Positions 48,601-59,147 of a stretch of DNA of 64,000 nt are shown here, piece by piece; position 1 is the stretch's first letter; each line of letters begins with the position of its first letter. The stretch covers positions 864,001 through 928,000 of the forward strand of contig OY970212.1 of NCBI GenBank assembly GCA_963713925.1. The letters are read 5' to 3'. Below the pieces are notes generated by a model. That model saw only the letters and a list, made by a program, of their open reading frames with translations, did no database searches and had not been told where the DNA came from. The stretch is from an uncultured bacterium (GTDB lineage Bacteria; Babelota; Babeliae; Babelales; Vermiphilaceae). The position numbers and the translations under genes were made by a program.

Positions 48601-48760
48601 TAAAATAGAAAAGTCTGATGAGGTTCACCGAACCAATGTAGCGATTTATCGCGTATGGTGAGTTGAACCTCAAGGAATTTTTAAAACCTTGGTTTTAAAC
48701 GCCCGTTGCCCTGAAGGGTTGGCGAGAACCCTTCAGGCGCTGGTCCCCGCGGAGGGGACA
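48601..48760 (+). ncRNA. Candidate structured ncRNA, copy A
   Basis: TAAAAT box, then AAGTCTGATGAGGTTCA...TGAACCTCA, TTAAAACCTTGGTTTTAA and CCTGAAGGG..CCCTTCAGG hairpins; two other copies in the window. Confidence 0.5.
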
Positions 48761-48781
48761 AAATGTTTCTGGGGGGTGGGC

Positions 48782-49135
48782 TTAAAACTTTTTTAATATA
48801 CTGTTAAGTTCTTCGATCTTGCGCTCGATGGCGCGCACTGCCTCAACCATCTTTTGTTTACCTGATAGCTTTTTTTCTTTTGCAAACAACCCATTACTTG
48901 TTCCCTCAACCACATCCATCACATCTTCAAGTAATTTTTTCTGTAATCGACCAAGTTGCTCTTGAAGCTCTGCAATCTGCCGCAGCAGATCGCCCACACA
49001 GTAAACAAAATCTTCCTTAACGCCGAGTGCTGACGTTGCTGCGGGTTTTGCATTCGAAGATTTAGGAACCACGATAAATGATTCTTCTGCGCGAGATACC
49101 TCAAAAAAAAGCAGGCTTATAAACAAACTTTTCAT
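48782..49135 (-). CDS. Secreted coiled-coil hypothetical protein
   Basis: Start MKSLFISLL overlaps the upstream stop (ATGA). Confidence 0.6.
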   Translation of the reverse strand: MKSLFISLLFFEVSRAEESFIVVPKSSNAKPAATSALGVKEDFVYCVGDLLRQIAELQEQLGRLQKKLLEDVMDVVEGTSNGLFAKEKKLSGKQKMVEAVRAIERKIEELNSILKKF

Positions 49136-49698
49136 GCAACTGACCTTCCTTGCAGCAAAAGAATACCGATGCGCAAATATTGTAACAACGATATCAACAC
49201 CAATGCCAGCACGCAAAAAAGGCTCGCGTAATATGTTTTAATAGGAACGAAGTGGAAGAAATAACACACGCACAACCACACAACCAACAATGACTGTACA
49301 ACTGTTGTTAGTTTGCTTGTCATGGTTGGCTTTACATACATAACTCCGCGGAAATAATAGAGTAGCCCCGTCCCACCCACGACAATGATTTCACGCGCAG
49401 CAATACATGCGACAAACCACCAGGGAATATGCAAACGATCTGCCGGCAAGGCAGCTAATGTTGTCAGCGAAGCTAACAAAAGAATTTTATCTGCAATAGG
49501 ATCTAACGATGCACCAAGCACCGTTTGTTCATTAAGGAGGCGCGCTAAAAAGCCGTCAAGCATATCGCTGAGCGCCGCGACCGAAAACAATATTCCTGCG
49601 ACAACCCACGATTGATTAATCAAGCTGAGCACGATAAATGGTGTCAACATGATACGGCTTAGCGTGATCCATGTCGCAATTGTTATTTTAAAAGACAT
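49132..49698 (-). CDS. CDP-alcohol phosphatidyltransferase (PgsA/CRD1-like)
   Basis: ITLSRI and SDMLDGFLAR...GASLDPIADK signature. Confidence 0.92.
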   Translation of the reverse strand: MSFKITIATWITLSRIMLTPFIVLSLINQSWVVAGILFSVAALSDMLDGFLARLLNEQTVLGASLDPIADKILLLASLTTLAALPADRLHIPWWFVACIAAREIIVVGGTGLLYYFRGVMYVKPTMTSKLTTVVQSLLVVWLCVCYFFHFVPIKTYYASLFCVLALVLISLLQYLRIGILLLQGRSVA

Positions 49699-49774
49699 AT
49701 AATTTACTCGGAAAAAGAGGGGAAACCTTATTGGGCCAGTATACCTAAAGAACAATAAATATTAAACACAGAAA

Positions 49775-50842
49775 TTATATTCGAGATTCTGTTATAATAC
49801 CGGCACCCAAGCAACGATTTTCGTCATAAAAAACAGCAAATTGTCCGGGGGCTATTCCCTGATCGTCTTCTTGCAATGAAACCGAGTATTGCCCATTTTC
49901 TTGGGGGATAATTTGGCAGCCATATATTTTTGGTCCATGGCGCAATTTCACTCGAAGATCATTTTTTTCAGGAGCCACGCCGTCAAACCAATTCACCGAT
50001 TCAACTAAAAAGCTATTTCTCTTTTTATCTTCGGTGTAATAGGCCGAAGATACCGAAACGCGATTCGCTTTCGGGTCTTTATTGACCACATACCATGGTC
50101 CGCCTGAGAGCCCCAAGCCTTGCCGCTGTCCGATGGTGTGAAACCAAAAGCCTTGATGGGTGCCCAATTTCTTGCCGGTTTCAAATTCTATGATAGGCCC
50201 CGGGCGTTCACCTAAATAATGTTTTAAAAAATCATTAAATTTCAGTTTTCCCAAAAAACAAATGCCTTGGCTATCTTTACGATCTTTATTGGGCAAATTG
50301 AATTCACGTGCCAATGCGCGGACTTGCTCTTTTTTCATATTCCCAATGGGAAAAAAGGCCCGATTCAGCTGTTTTTTATTCAGATAACCGAGGAAATAGG
50401 TTTGATCTTTAATCTCGTCAGGGGAACAAAAGAGATGAGCCTGCCCATTGTTATGCTCAATCCAGGCATAATGCCCGGTGGCAATCTTGTCATATGAATC
50501 ATCGATATGATCAACAAAAAGGCCAAATTTGATCTGTTGGTTGCAGAGCATATCCGGGTTGGGGGTCCGTCCCTGTTTTACCTGGTCAACCACAGAGGAA
50601 ACGACCCGCTCATGGTATTCCTTTTGCAGGGAGACCACCTTCAAGGGTACATCAAATTGAGAGCAGACAGCCTCAATAAACGACAAATCTTCTCGCCAGG
50701 GGCAATTATCCCCCAGAAAGCTCAGTTCGTCCTCAAGCCAAATTTTAATGTAAAAAGCGGTCACCTGATGGCCCTGCTGCTTTAAAAGCGCTAAAGCCAC
50801 TGAGCTATCAACCCCGCCGGAAATAAGCATTGCTATTTTCAT
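49775..50842 (-). CDS. mnmA: tRNA 2-thiouridylase
   Basis: SGGVDSS, GRTPNPD, ATGHYA, KDQTYF and DSQGICF. Confidence 0.98.
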   Translation of the reverse strand: MKIAMLISGGVDSSVALALLKQQGHQVTAFYIKIWLEDELSFLGDNCPWREDLSFIEAVCSQFDVPLKVVSLQKEYHERVVSSVVDQVKQGRTPNPDMLCNQQIKFGLFVDHIDDSYDKIATGHYAWIEHNNGQAHLFCSPDEIKDQTYFLGYLNKKQLNRAFFPIGNMKKEQVRALAREFNLPNKDRKDSQGICFLGKLKFNDFLKHYLGERPGPIIEFETGKKLGTHQGFWFHTIGQRQGLGLSGGPWYVVNKDPKANRVSVSSAYYTEDKKRNSFLVESVNWFDGVAPEKNDLRVKLRHGPKIYGCQIIPQENGQYSVSLQEDDQGIAPGQFAVFYDENRCLGAGIITESRI

Positions 50843-51014
50843 AGTGAAAAACCTCATGTTTTACTATAGCAAAAACGAGAAAAAGCGCTATAACAACGCC
50901 TTTATAATACCGCCCCCCCCTCAAATTAGGTTTTTTCTTGCTTTCAGGAAAATCCACCTGATATAATTCAAATAGAAATACTATTAAGTGATTAAAAATT
51001 ATTCAGGAGTCATT

Positions 51015-51479
51015 ATGAAGCGGATTGTACTCATATGCACGGCCCTTTTTGCCGGATACGCACAGGCTGAAGTGTTTGTAAAAAACCACACAGACTACGA
51101 TATCGTAGTGCAAATAAGCTGGAAAGTTGCAGGAAGAACGTTCGAAGAAGGCTTCAAGGGAAATAAAATTAATGCACACACCGGAGGCTTTGTTACCGAT
51201 CCTCTCGGCAATAAAACGGAAGATCATGCGTGGACCAAGGTTCGTTACCAAGTAAAAGCGAACACATCCAAAAACCCTAAAAGCGACATCAAAGATTGGG
51301 TGCTTGTCTATGACACTACAACGGACCCCAAATTATCCGAATACAAGCGAAATAATTATGAGGCAGGCGGATACAGAAATCTCGACATTTTTACCCACAC
51401 TGACGAAAGAGGAAATCCCGTTTTTGATGTTTTAGATAGCGTGAGATTACCTGGAATCGATAGTGATACGGTTCAGTAA
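51015..51479 (+). CDS. Secreted beta-rich hypothetical protein
   Basis: AGGAG RBS; AQA cleavage site; VKNHTDYDIVVQISW. Confidence 0.7.
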   Translation: MKRIVLICTALFAGYAQAEVFVKNHTDYDIVVQISWKVAGRTFEEGFKGNKINAHTGGFVTDPLGNKTEDHAWTKVRYQVKANTSKNPKSDIKDWVLVYDTTTDPKLSEYKRNNYEAGGYRNLDIFTHTDERGNPVFDVLDSVRLPGIDSDTVQ

Positions 51480-51507
51480 AACAAGATTGGTAAAAAAAAG
51501 GAAACAT

Positions 51508-51945
51508 ATGAAAAAAATAATACTTTTACTGGCGCTTGCTGCGACGCAGGCGATTTATTCACAAACCAGAATCCGTAACCAAACAGACGTCACCCTCAAA
51601 GTTAAAATTAATTGGCTTAATGGAAATGTATGGAATGCTGACAATAGCGAAACAGTTATTATTAAGCCCGACGAAGCAATTAACATTTACAAGGATGGCC
51701 AACTTATCAAATATCATGTTCAAGTGTGGTATAACAAAGACGAAAATATACTTCCCTATGATGAAAAAGAAAATATAAATCCAGCATGGGAAAATAGCCT
51801 TACCCAAGCTGTCGACTATATTCTTCCAAACGGAACACTCAATCAAGCGATCCGTATTATCGGTTCTGTAGATCCAAAAACTCAAATCTTGAAGCCGAAG
51901 GTTATTAATAGACCTACGCTCGATTTAAATAACGAAGAAATTTAA
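51508..51945 (+). CDS. Secreted beta-rich hypothetical protein
   Basis: MKKIILL; IRNQTDVTLKVKINW resembles the previous ORF. Confidence 0.7.
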   Translation: MKKIILLLALAATQAIYSQTRIRNQTDVTLKVKINWLNGNVWNADNSETVIIKPDEAINIYKDGQLIKYHVQVWYNKDENILPYDEKENINPAWENSLTQAVDYILPNGTLNQAIRIIGSVDPKTQILKPKVINRPTLDLNNEEI

Positions 51946-52004
51946 AAAAAGACCCCATATCAAGCGAATGCGTACTATGGGGCACAATTTAAAGGATTTC
52001 GGTC

Positions 52005-53273
52005 ATGAAGCAAAGAATTATAATAGTATTATTGGCAACATTCGCATTTTTCGCGCACATTGCGAATGCGGAGACACTTAATGCGATTCGCAACAATTTA
52101 GGCAGTGATTACGCCGTAACCATTAGCGGCCAAGTTTCAAAACCCATTCAGGGCTGGTGGTCTTCCGATATAGAACAGGGTCTTACGTTACCACAAACGG
52201 TACAAGTCGTTTATAAGGGAACACAATACAATATTGATCTGAAGCGAGAATTTGCCTTATCTTCCTGCGACGGAATTTCAATTTCAGCCGCTCCAACCGG
52301 GGCGAAGGAGAACCTTGCAGAACCAAAAACTATTTGTATTCCGAACGCTGAGTCGCAAATTGTTGGACAAAAAACTGATTATTACCAACGAATTTTACTG
52401 GCGCTTGATCCTAAAGCGACCGTGGTCGCAGATGAACTTCCCTTTAATTTCGCCATTTCATCATGGACAAGCACCAAATATCCTTGGTTTGATAAAAGTA
52501 ATCAAAGCAAGCAAACCGTTTCATTCGCTAATGATGATCAGGGAAACAGTTTCGCACCCTTGGCTGTCATGCAGGGATATGCCGCATGGGGAGGAGGTAT
52601 TCTACCTCGTAAAAATCATGGGTTTATCGGCCACATTTATAATGCGTCAGACTTGGCTCTCGCGTTCGTGAGAGAAGTTCAAGACACTGCAAGGACCGCG
52701 GCTGAATCTCTTGCAAACTTTAATTTCAAAAAAATCGTTCTTCCCTTCTCGGCTGTTCCTTTAGCTGGAGTATGGATTCCTAAAAATAACTCCGATCAAA
52801 TAAGTCTTAACGATAATCAAGTCTTTATTTATGCGATTTCCATAGGCAAACAACCACCGGTTGGGCCGTACAGTTTCATGACGGACGTCGCCGGAAAAGA
52901 TACGGATGTCGTGCAGAAGGACGTTAACGATATTATCGCAGATCGAGAAAAGAGTTTCCCAAGCCAAGTGGCTAAAATAACCGGACAACCGGACATCAAA
53001 GATTCTTTCTCCGACACCACGCGGTATAAGAGCAATTTCTTTTACAGCATCGCGACTAACGCCAAAGGAAAAGTAATCGTTACCACCTACAAGAAAGATG
53101 AAAAGGGCTCTACAGCACTGATTAGTTCAAAAGATGCCGGATTAGCAGTATTGCCGGGCGGCATATCGAACTACTTCAAGCTCATTGCGCGTCCAAGCAA
53201 CAACCCTGAAACCGAGGGGCCGCTTACTCTTGATCTAACTCAGCTCAAAGATCGTAAAAAATTATTTGAATAA
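52005..53273 (+). CDS. Secreted hypothetical protein
   Basis: ANA cleavage site; IRNNLGSDYAVTI start motif. Confidence 0.75.
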   Translation: MKQRIIIVLLATFAFFAHIANAETLNAIRNNLGSDYAVTISGQVSKPIQGWWSSDIEQGLTLPQTVQVVYKGTQYNIDLKREFALSSCDGISISAAPTGAKENLAEPKTICIPNAESQIVGQKTDYYQRILLALDPKATVVADELPFNFAISSWTSTKYPWFDKSNQSKQTVSFANDDQGNSFAPLAVMQGYAAWGGGILPRKNHGFIGHIYNASDLALAFVREVQDTARTAAESLANFNFKKIVLPFSAVPLAGVWIPKNNSDQISLNDNQVFIYAISIGKQPPVGPYSFMTDVAGKDTDVVQKDVNDIIADREKSFPSQVAKITGQPDIKDSFSDTTRYKSNFFYSIATNAKGKVIVTTYKKDEKGSTALISSKDAGLAVLPGGISNYFKLIARPSNNPETEGPLTLDLTQLKDRKKLFE

Positions 53274-53282
53274 GGAAAAGCC

Positions 53283-55136
53283 ATGAAAAGAATTATAATA
53301 AAATCATTCATTTCCGGCTTGAGCATCCTCGGGCTTGCAACAAGCGCGCATGCCGGACTTCTTTCGGGAATTCCTGAAGAGAAGCAAAAAAAGCCTTTGA
53401 ATGTCAGAATCATTCAAGGTAATCCCTCAACAAAGTATTCCGTTGTCGAGACAATTATTACCTCAAACCCAGCAAAAGCAGGTGATCCTAAAAAGCTCAT
53501 TCAACGTTCTGAATTGGGAACTATCGGACCGGAAGGAAAAGTAATTAATAGAAATCTTCCATTGCGTGTCCCACAACTTGGTTTTGACATTAAAAGCAAT
53601 TTGACTGACCTCGTGCCAGAAGTTGTTGGTGCCGTTTCTCCGAACCCGAAAGTGCAAGTGGCGGCCGCTGCTGCAGGTTCACTCGTTGAAGAAGGTCTCG
53701 CCTTCTTAAGCAAAGAGCTTAACAAAGGGTATGGCAATCAACAAAAAGAAATTCGCTTGCTCGAATTGATTCCATCACAATATTATGCGATTGACTCAAC
53801 AAACAACACCGTTGTTGTCAAAGACAATTTCAAGACTGATTTACCACTGTATCTGCAAGCACAAGCAAACATTGTACCTATCGCAAACGAATTAAATAAA
53901 GCAAAAGTTGAATACAATAAGATGTATCAAACGTGGCAAGAGCTTCAAAAGCAAAAGAAATTTGATGAGGCTGATGCATATGTTAATAAAATGGAGAACT
54001 ATCGAAATGGGACAGTTGTTCCGATTGAAAAACGCTTCATAACTGCTGCCCAAGCTGTTGAAAAATATTCTATGCACCGCATCTTGATCATGAACGATCC
54101 TGAAGGTTCAGATAGCTCCTGCCAAGGTGGGTTACAAGGTCGTTGGAACTTATTGCTCTATTTCTACTTGGGTGCAAAACAAACCAATAGAATTAAAGTA
54201 AGCTTCTGCGTTCCCAACACTGAAAAAGACCAAGGTCTTATCGTTGACTTGAAAAAAAATCAGCTCGTCACCGATAAAAATGGCGAGTTCAGATTAGAAG
54301 ATGGCGGTATTGCATTTAAATCAACTGATGATAAAAATATCACCTTCCCTGCTGATATTGAAGCGGGCAGAGTTGCATGGGATGCCCCACAATCCGAACG
54401 CATCAACTGGTTCCGAGAAATGGTAACCGGCGAAGGAAGTGACTTAAATGCCCTCATGTTCCCGTTTGATTTATTGAAAATCGCTAAAGACATGAAAGCC
54501 CAAGAAGATGAAGAAGGCAAAAAGCGCTGGGAAAAAACTCGCGCCGCTATCAAAAATCTGAAAGAACAAGGCGGCCTTCCGAAAAAAGAAGCTTCTGCGT
54601 TGGATGATTTAGCAGCTACAGCACCTGCCGGGGGAGCAAAGCCTGGTGACGAGCAAGGAAATCCTCCCGCTGGTGGAGAACCAGCAGCCGGTCAAAAACC
54701 GGGCGAAGCTGCTGGAGAAAAACCAAAAGAGGAACCAAAAAGCATATTGGATACCTTGGGGGGCCTTGCCGGGAAAGTAATTGAAAAAGCGCCGGCGATT
54801 ATATCAACCGGAAAAGAGATCTTCGGTGCCGGAAAAGACGTTATCTCCGCAATACAAGATAAGAATAAGAAAGATAATGAGAAGAAGGACGACAAGCCTT
54901 CTGCAAAAGACGAAACGTCTCAAACAACACAAAACTACTATGCCATACTTGGAGTGCCGCAAAAAGCAACGCAGGAAGAAATAAAGGATGCGTACAAAAA
55001 GTTGGCTCTCACAGAACATCCGGATAAAGGTGGGGATACAGAAAAATTCCAAAAAATTGTTGCCGCCTACGAAACACTCAAAGATCCCGAGAAACGCGCA
55101 AAATATGACGAAAGCCTAACGGAAGATCGTCCATAG
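53283..55136 (+). CDS. Secreted protein with C-terminal DnaJ (J) domain
   Basis: Signal peptide (AHA); NYYAILGV...[36 protein letters not shown]. Confidence 0.85.
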   Translation: MKRIIIKSFISGLSILGLATSAHAGLLSGIPEEKQKKPLNVRIIQGNPSTKYSVVETIITSNPAKAGDPKKLIQRSELGTIGPEGKVINRNLPLRVPQLGFDIKSNLTDLVPEVVGAVSPNPKVQVAAAAAGSLVEEGLAFLSKELNKGYGNQQKEIRLLELIPSQYYAIDSTNNTVVVKDNFKTDLPLYLQAQANIVPIANELNKAKVEYNKMYQTWQELQKQKKFDEADAYVNKMENYRNGTVVPIEKRFITAAQAVEKYSMHRILIMNDPEGSDSSCQGGLQGRWNLLLYFYLGAKQTNRIKVSFCVPNTEKDQGLIVDLKKNQLVTDKNGEFRLEDGGIAFKSTDDKNITFPADIEAGRVAWDAPQSERINWFREMVTGEGSDLNALMFPFDLLKIAKDMKAQEDEEGKKRWEKTRAAIKNLKEQGGLPKKEASALDDLAATAPAGGAKPGDEQGNPPAGGEPAAGQKPGEAAGEKPKEEPKSILDTLGGLAGKVIEKAPAIISTGKEIFGAGKDVISAIQDKNKKDNEKKDDKPSAKDETSQTTQNYYAILGVPQKATQEEIKDAYKKLALTEHPDKGGDTEKFQKIVAAYETLKDPEKRAKYDESLTEDRP

Positions 55137-55149
55137 AACACACAAGTTA

Positions 55150-55186
55150 AAGGCCGGTAAAACAAAGCAGTTTTACCGGCCTTAAT
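55150..55186 (+). terminator. Intrinsic terminator
   Basis: AAGGCCGGTAAAAC...GTTTTACCGGCCTT. Confidence 0.65.
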
Positions 55187-55250
55187 TTTACCGGTACATA
55201 AAAATAGGTTATTCTAACTTTCGTATATTCCACTTTCATTTCGGACCATT

Positions 55251-56903
55251 ATGAATAGCATAGAACAGATTCAAAATTCCTTTCTTACCTTTTTAACCCA
55301 AACCTTCTCTATCGATCCCGAAACGGCTCGCACGTGTGCCCCTACCCTAAACACAGATGAAAATAAGGCTACATTTGGCGATCTCACTTCCAATGCGGCC
55401 ATGGGTTTAGCGAAATTAAAAAAGCAAAATCCAAGGATCCTGGCACAGCAAATCATTGATTCTTATAACCATCCCTTGGTGGAAAAGATAGAGGTTGCCG
55501 GAGCCGGATTTCTTAATTTTTACCTTAAGTCTGAAGCATGGACGACCGTTGCGCAGGAATTAGATCTTGAGAAAGCAACTTTTTTTAAGCCAGCAGACAT
55601 CACAAAATCATCCTATTCCCTGGAATTTGTGAGCGCCAACCCGACCGGCCCTCTTCATTTTGGCCATGGGCGTGGCGGGATTATTGGAGATACCCTTGCC
55701 CGCATTTTACGCTTTCTAGGCCATGGAGTCACAACAGAGTTTTATATCAATGACGCGGGAAACCAGATTAATAATTTGGGCGTGTCATTTAAAGCGCGCT
55801 GTTTGCAAGCGCTTGGACAAGACGTGAATGTCCCCGAAGACGGATATCATGGGCACTATTTGGTTGAACTTGCCCAACAACTTGTATCGGCCGAAGGTAA
55901 AGCATTACTTGAAAAAGAACAATCATTTTTTGAGCAGTATGCCAAAGCATACTTACTTGAAAAAATAAAATTAACACTTGAGCGCTATGGCATCGTGTAT
56001 GACGTCTGGTTTTCAGAAAAAACATTGCACGAAAAAAATGGAGCCATTGATCAGGCCATTGAAAAGCTCAAAAAATCGGGGCATTTGTATGAATCTGAAG
56101 ATGCGCTCTGGTTTCGATCAACCGCCTTTGGCGATGACAAAGATCGTGTTGTCAGAAAATCTACCGGGGAGTGGACCTATATCGCGGCCGACATTGCCTA
56201 TTTAGTCAATAAAGTGGAACGTGGACTCAACCCGCTTGTGATGGTGCTTGGTCACGATCATCATAGCTACGCAGTGCGCTTAAACGGAATTCGCCAAGCG
56301 CTTGGATATAATTCAATCTCACTCGATTTTATTTTGTATCAGCTGGTGCGTATGAAACAAGGTGAAGAACTCGTTAAACTTTCCAAACGTGCCGGCAACA
56401 TTATCAGCCTTGATGACGTTATCGATTCGGTTGGCACCGACGTCGCTCGCTTCTTTTATTTACATCGTAAAGCGGATGCGCATTTAGAATTTGATCTTGA
56501 ACTCGCAAAGAAAAAGACCGACGAAAACCCCGTCTATTACATTCAATATGCATATGTGCGCATCAAATCATTGCTTGCCAAAGCAGCAACCGATGATGCC
56601 TTTAAAAATATTAACACTCCCGACGCACACAACATAAGCATTGCGGAACATGCGTTGCTTAAAAAAATAGTGGCATTAAAAGATTTGTTGCTCAACATCA
56701 GCAGCAACTATCAAACGCATTTGATTAGCTACTATGCAATTGAATTGGCAGACTGTTATCATCGCTACTATAGTAACAATCGTGTCATCGACTCGAACAA
56801 TATTCCGCTCAGCCGTGCGCGCTTGTATGTCATGGGTATTGTGCAAGAAACCATGGGAACAGTGTTTGATTTGTTGGGTATTTCGAAACCGGAAAGAATG
56901 TAA
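55251..56903 (+). CDS. argS: Arginyl-tRNA synthetase
   Basis: EFVSANPTGPLHFGHGR, LSKRAG, YYIQYAYVR and terminal PERM. Confidence 0.98.
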   Translation: MNSIEQIQNSFLTFLTQTFSIDPETARTCAPTLNTDENKATFGDLTSNAAMGLAKLKKQNPRILAQQIIDSYNHPLVEKIEVAGAGFLNFYLKSEAWTTVAQELDLEKATFFKPADITKSSYSLEFVSANPTGPLHFGHGRGGIIGDTLARILRFLGHGVTTEFYINDAGNQINNLGVSFKARCLQALGQDVNVPEDGYHGHYLVELAQQLVSAEGKALLEKEQSFFEQYAKAYLLEKIKLTLERYGIVYDVWFSEKTLHEKNGAIDQAIEKLKKSGHLYESEDALWFRSTAFGDDKDRVVRKSTGEWTYIAADIAYLVNKVERGLNPLVMVLGHDHHSYAVRLNGIRQALGYNSISLDFILYQLVRMKQGEELVKLSKRAGNIISLDDVIDSVGTDVARFFYLHRKADAHLEFDLELAKKKTDENPVYYIQYAYVRIKSLLAKAATDDAFKNINTPDAHNISIAEHALLKKIVALKDLLLNISSNYQTHLISYYAIELADCYHRYYSNNRVIDSNNIPLSRARLYVMGIVQETMGTVFDLLGISKPERM

Positions 56904-56905
56904 AT

Positions 56906-57015
56906 ATACCCCAAACTATCGCTAGCGCTCATTTGGGGGCCCCAGGAATTACCCCCATCTTCACTCTGTTACGATGGGGGACCCCCGGAAATGGGCTCCC
57001 ATGCGCCAGCATGGG
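56906..57015. repeat. Cluster of three R2-type hairpins
   Basis: TACCCC...TGGGGGCCCC, TACCCCC...GGGGGACCCC and GGGCTCCCATG..CATGGG. Confidence 0.7.
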
Positions 57016-57030
57016 AATAAAAAAAGTGTA

Positions 57031-57070
57031 AAAAAAGAGGTGCGATCTGTTTATATCGCACCTCTTTTTT
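57031..57070. terminator. Bidirectional terminator
   Basis: A6-GAGGTGCGAT...ATCGCACCTC-T6. Confidence 0.8.
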
Positions 57071-57701
57071 ATTCTGTAGCTATGTTATTTTTTCTTTGTA
57101 AATCTCTCAGTATTTTATTATATCGATCATTACGCCGAACCTCGAAGCACACTTTATCTAACATCTTTAATGCGGAATTTAATTGTTTAAGAATAGCTTC
57201 CAAAGATTGAATGGTGCTTTCCGATTCAAATTCCGATTTTGATTTTAGTTCCGAGATACTATTCTCAACTAATCTTCTCTTTCCTCTGATCCGGCTTGCT
57301 CTGAAACCTAATATACGATCTAAATCCTTAAAAAAGGCTCTCTCATTTTGGTTTACTTGCAATAAAGATAATGACTGCTCACGAGCGCGTTCATCTTCTG
57401 CGGCAAGAAAAGCTTCGACGAAAAGCTCGGTTTCATCGCGATATTTTTGCAAAGTTTCTTCTGCATTGCGCACAACTTTTTCTGCGGTGTTCAAACAATC
57501 CTTGAACAATTCGTCTTGAGTTTTTGCAACAGGCTTTGATTGTCCGGAAAAAAGTGGCGACAACACTAATCCTGCAATGCCTAATTTTATAACTGTACCA
57601 AGTCCACTCTTTTCGAAGAATTCAGTATCTGCCGCTTTAACTCTTGGCTGAATTGATGATAATCCAAGCCCTAATAAAACTATAAATTTTAATGATTTCA
57701 T
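57069..57701 (-). CDS. Secreted/membrane coiled-coil hypothetical protein
   Basis: Signal peptide, one TM and coiled coil. Confidence 0.7.
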   Translation of the reverse strand: MKSLKFIVLLGLGLSSIQPRVKAADTEFFEKSGLGTVIKLGIAGLVLSPLFSGQSKPVAKTQDELFKDCLNTAEKVVRNAEETLQKYRDETELFVEAFLAAEDERAREQSLSLLQVNQNERAFFKDLDRILGFRASRIRGKRRLVENSISELKSKSEFESESTIQSLEAILKQLNSALKMLDKVCFEVRRNDRYNKILRDLQRKNNIATE

Positions 57702-57719
57702 AAAAACTCCTGACTATTT

Positions 57720-58421
57720 TTATTTTGTCGCAGACCACATAGTCAAAACACCGGCGCCAATCGCTCCCGCGATTGCGAGCAATCCCGCACCTGGAGCTAC
57801 ACGAGTTTTCCAGTCTTTGTTTGGACCGAAAGTACCCACAGCCAACGTTTTGCCAAAAGCACATCCGAAGGCGACTCCCGCTCCAGCAACACCGAAGCCC
57901 ATGCCAAATCGCATAGCTCGAGGAGTGATATCAACAACATGGCTTATTGTAACGCCCTGAGAGATTTTATCGGCTGCTTTTGAAAAATCTTTAATTGCTT
58001 CCGCAGTTTCCTTATCAATGCCCAAATTCACATTAATAGGCGCTCGTTGCGCAGTTTGGATCAATTGATTAGCTTCTTTGAAAAATTGAGGCATATAAAC
58101 ACTGCCAGCTTTCGATAGCAATTGAGAAACTCTTTTTTCCATTTCTAAAGTTTCTTTACCCATTTCCAATGTGACGGTTGATTTTGATAATGTCGTTGCT
58201 GCTGTAGCAAGGTCTGTTCCTAATTGGGTCAAACCCTCTTTTACCGGAACGGTGGCGTTATAAAGATTTGCCGCAAGTTGTTCCTGCATCATTTCCAATG
58301 CGCCTTTACCATATCCAGCTTGCGGATGAGGTGTTTGCGTCGATTGCGAATTAGGTGTTTGAGCTGCTTGCAATTGGTCCACTGCTGACAAACATGTGAG
58401 AGCTAAAATTAAACGTTTCAT
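57720..58421 (-). CDS. MKR-type secreted protein with C-terminal Gly-rich TM hairpin
   Basis: GGAGG RBS, start MKRLIL at 58421. Confidence 0.75.
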   Translation of the reverse strand: MKRLILALTCLSAVDQLQAAQTPNSQSTQTPHPQAGYGKGALEMMQEQLAANLYNATVPVKEGLTQLGTDLATAATTLSKSTVTLEMGKETLEMEKRVSQLLSKAGSVYMPQFFKEANQLIQTAQRAPINVNLGIDKETAEAIKDFSKAADKISQGVTISHVVDITPRAMRFGMGFGVAGAGVAFGCAFGKTLAVGTFGPNKDWKTRVAPGAGLLAIAGAIGAGVLTMWSATK

Positions 58422-58573
58422 AGTTTCCTCCGTAATAAATCTATTTATCTTAATAGTAACAAAGCAATCAGGGCCCGCAATACCTCCAGACTCCATTTGT
58501 TTCAGGCTGAAAATTTTAACCTGAAAAACAAAAAGCCTCTTGGATTCTCCCCCAAGAGGCTTTGGCTATTTTT

Positions 58574-58987
58574 TTATTCTTCTTTTTTTGAAACCTGCTT
58601 TTGTTCACCATCGATACAAAAAACAGCGTTTTTTAGTTTTTGTAAGGCCCCACACATCGACCATAGGGTAAGCGCCCCACCGATGATCACTGTCGTTTTT
58701 TGCAAGATATTTCCATATTTATTGAAAAAAAGTACAAAAGAATCAGTGGTTTGGATGCCCTTCCAAGCGTTACGCTTCACAGCAGCCTCGGCAACATTGG
58801 TCGCGTTATTTATAAGATGGTTTATAACATAGGTCGTTCCAGCCAAAAGAGTAGCGTTAATGCCATCTCCGGCAGCCTTAAAACTATTTTCAAGGAAAAT
58901 ATATGTTTTGCTTCTCGGTTTTTCGGCAGAATGTAAAAATCCGCCCCATAACCCTGCAAATATGATTATTTTGATAAGATTTTTCAT
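58574..58987 (-). CDS. Secreted two-TM hypothetical protein
   Basis: GGGAG RBS; YIF..N..K and IGG.LTL.S motifs shared with 59148-59606. Confidence 0.7.
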   Translation of the reverse strand: MKNLIKIIIFAGLWGGFLHSAEKPRSKTYIFLENSFKAAGDGINATLLAGTTYVINHLINNATNVAEAAVKRNAWKGIQTTDSFVLFFNKYGNILQKTTVIIGGALTLWSMCGALQKLKNAVFCIDGEQKQVSKKEE

Positions 58988-59029
58988 AGATACTCCCTCC
59001 ATTACCATATCCTAATCCTATTATTTCTA

Positions 59030-59057
59030 ATTGTAACAAAATGGATGCTTTTGTCAA
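59030..59057 (-). promoter_or_regulatory. Putative sigma70 promoter
   Basis: TTGACA-16 nt-TACAAT on the minus strand. Confidence 0.6.
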
Positions 59058-59147
59058 CCTGGGATACGGGGCCAAAAATACCATTTTTGGGCATTAAAAA
59101 AGCCTCTCAGGCAACCCGAGAGGCTTTTTATCAAATATTTATGCAAA

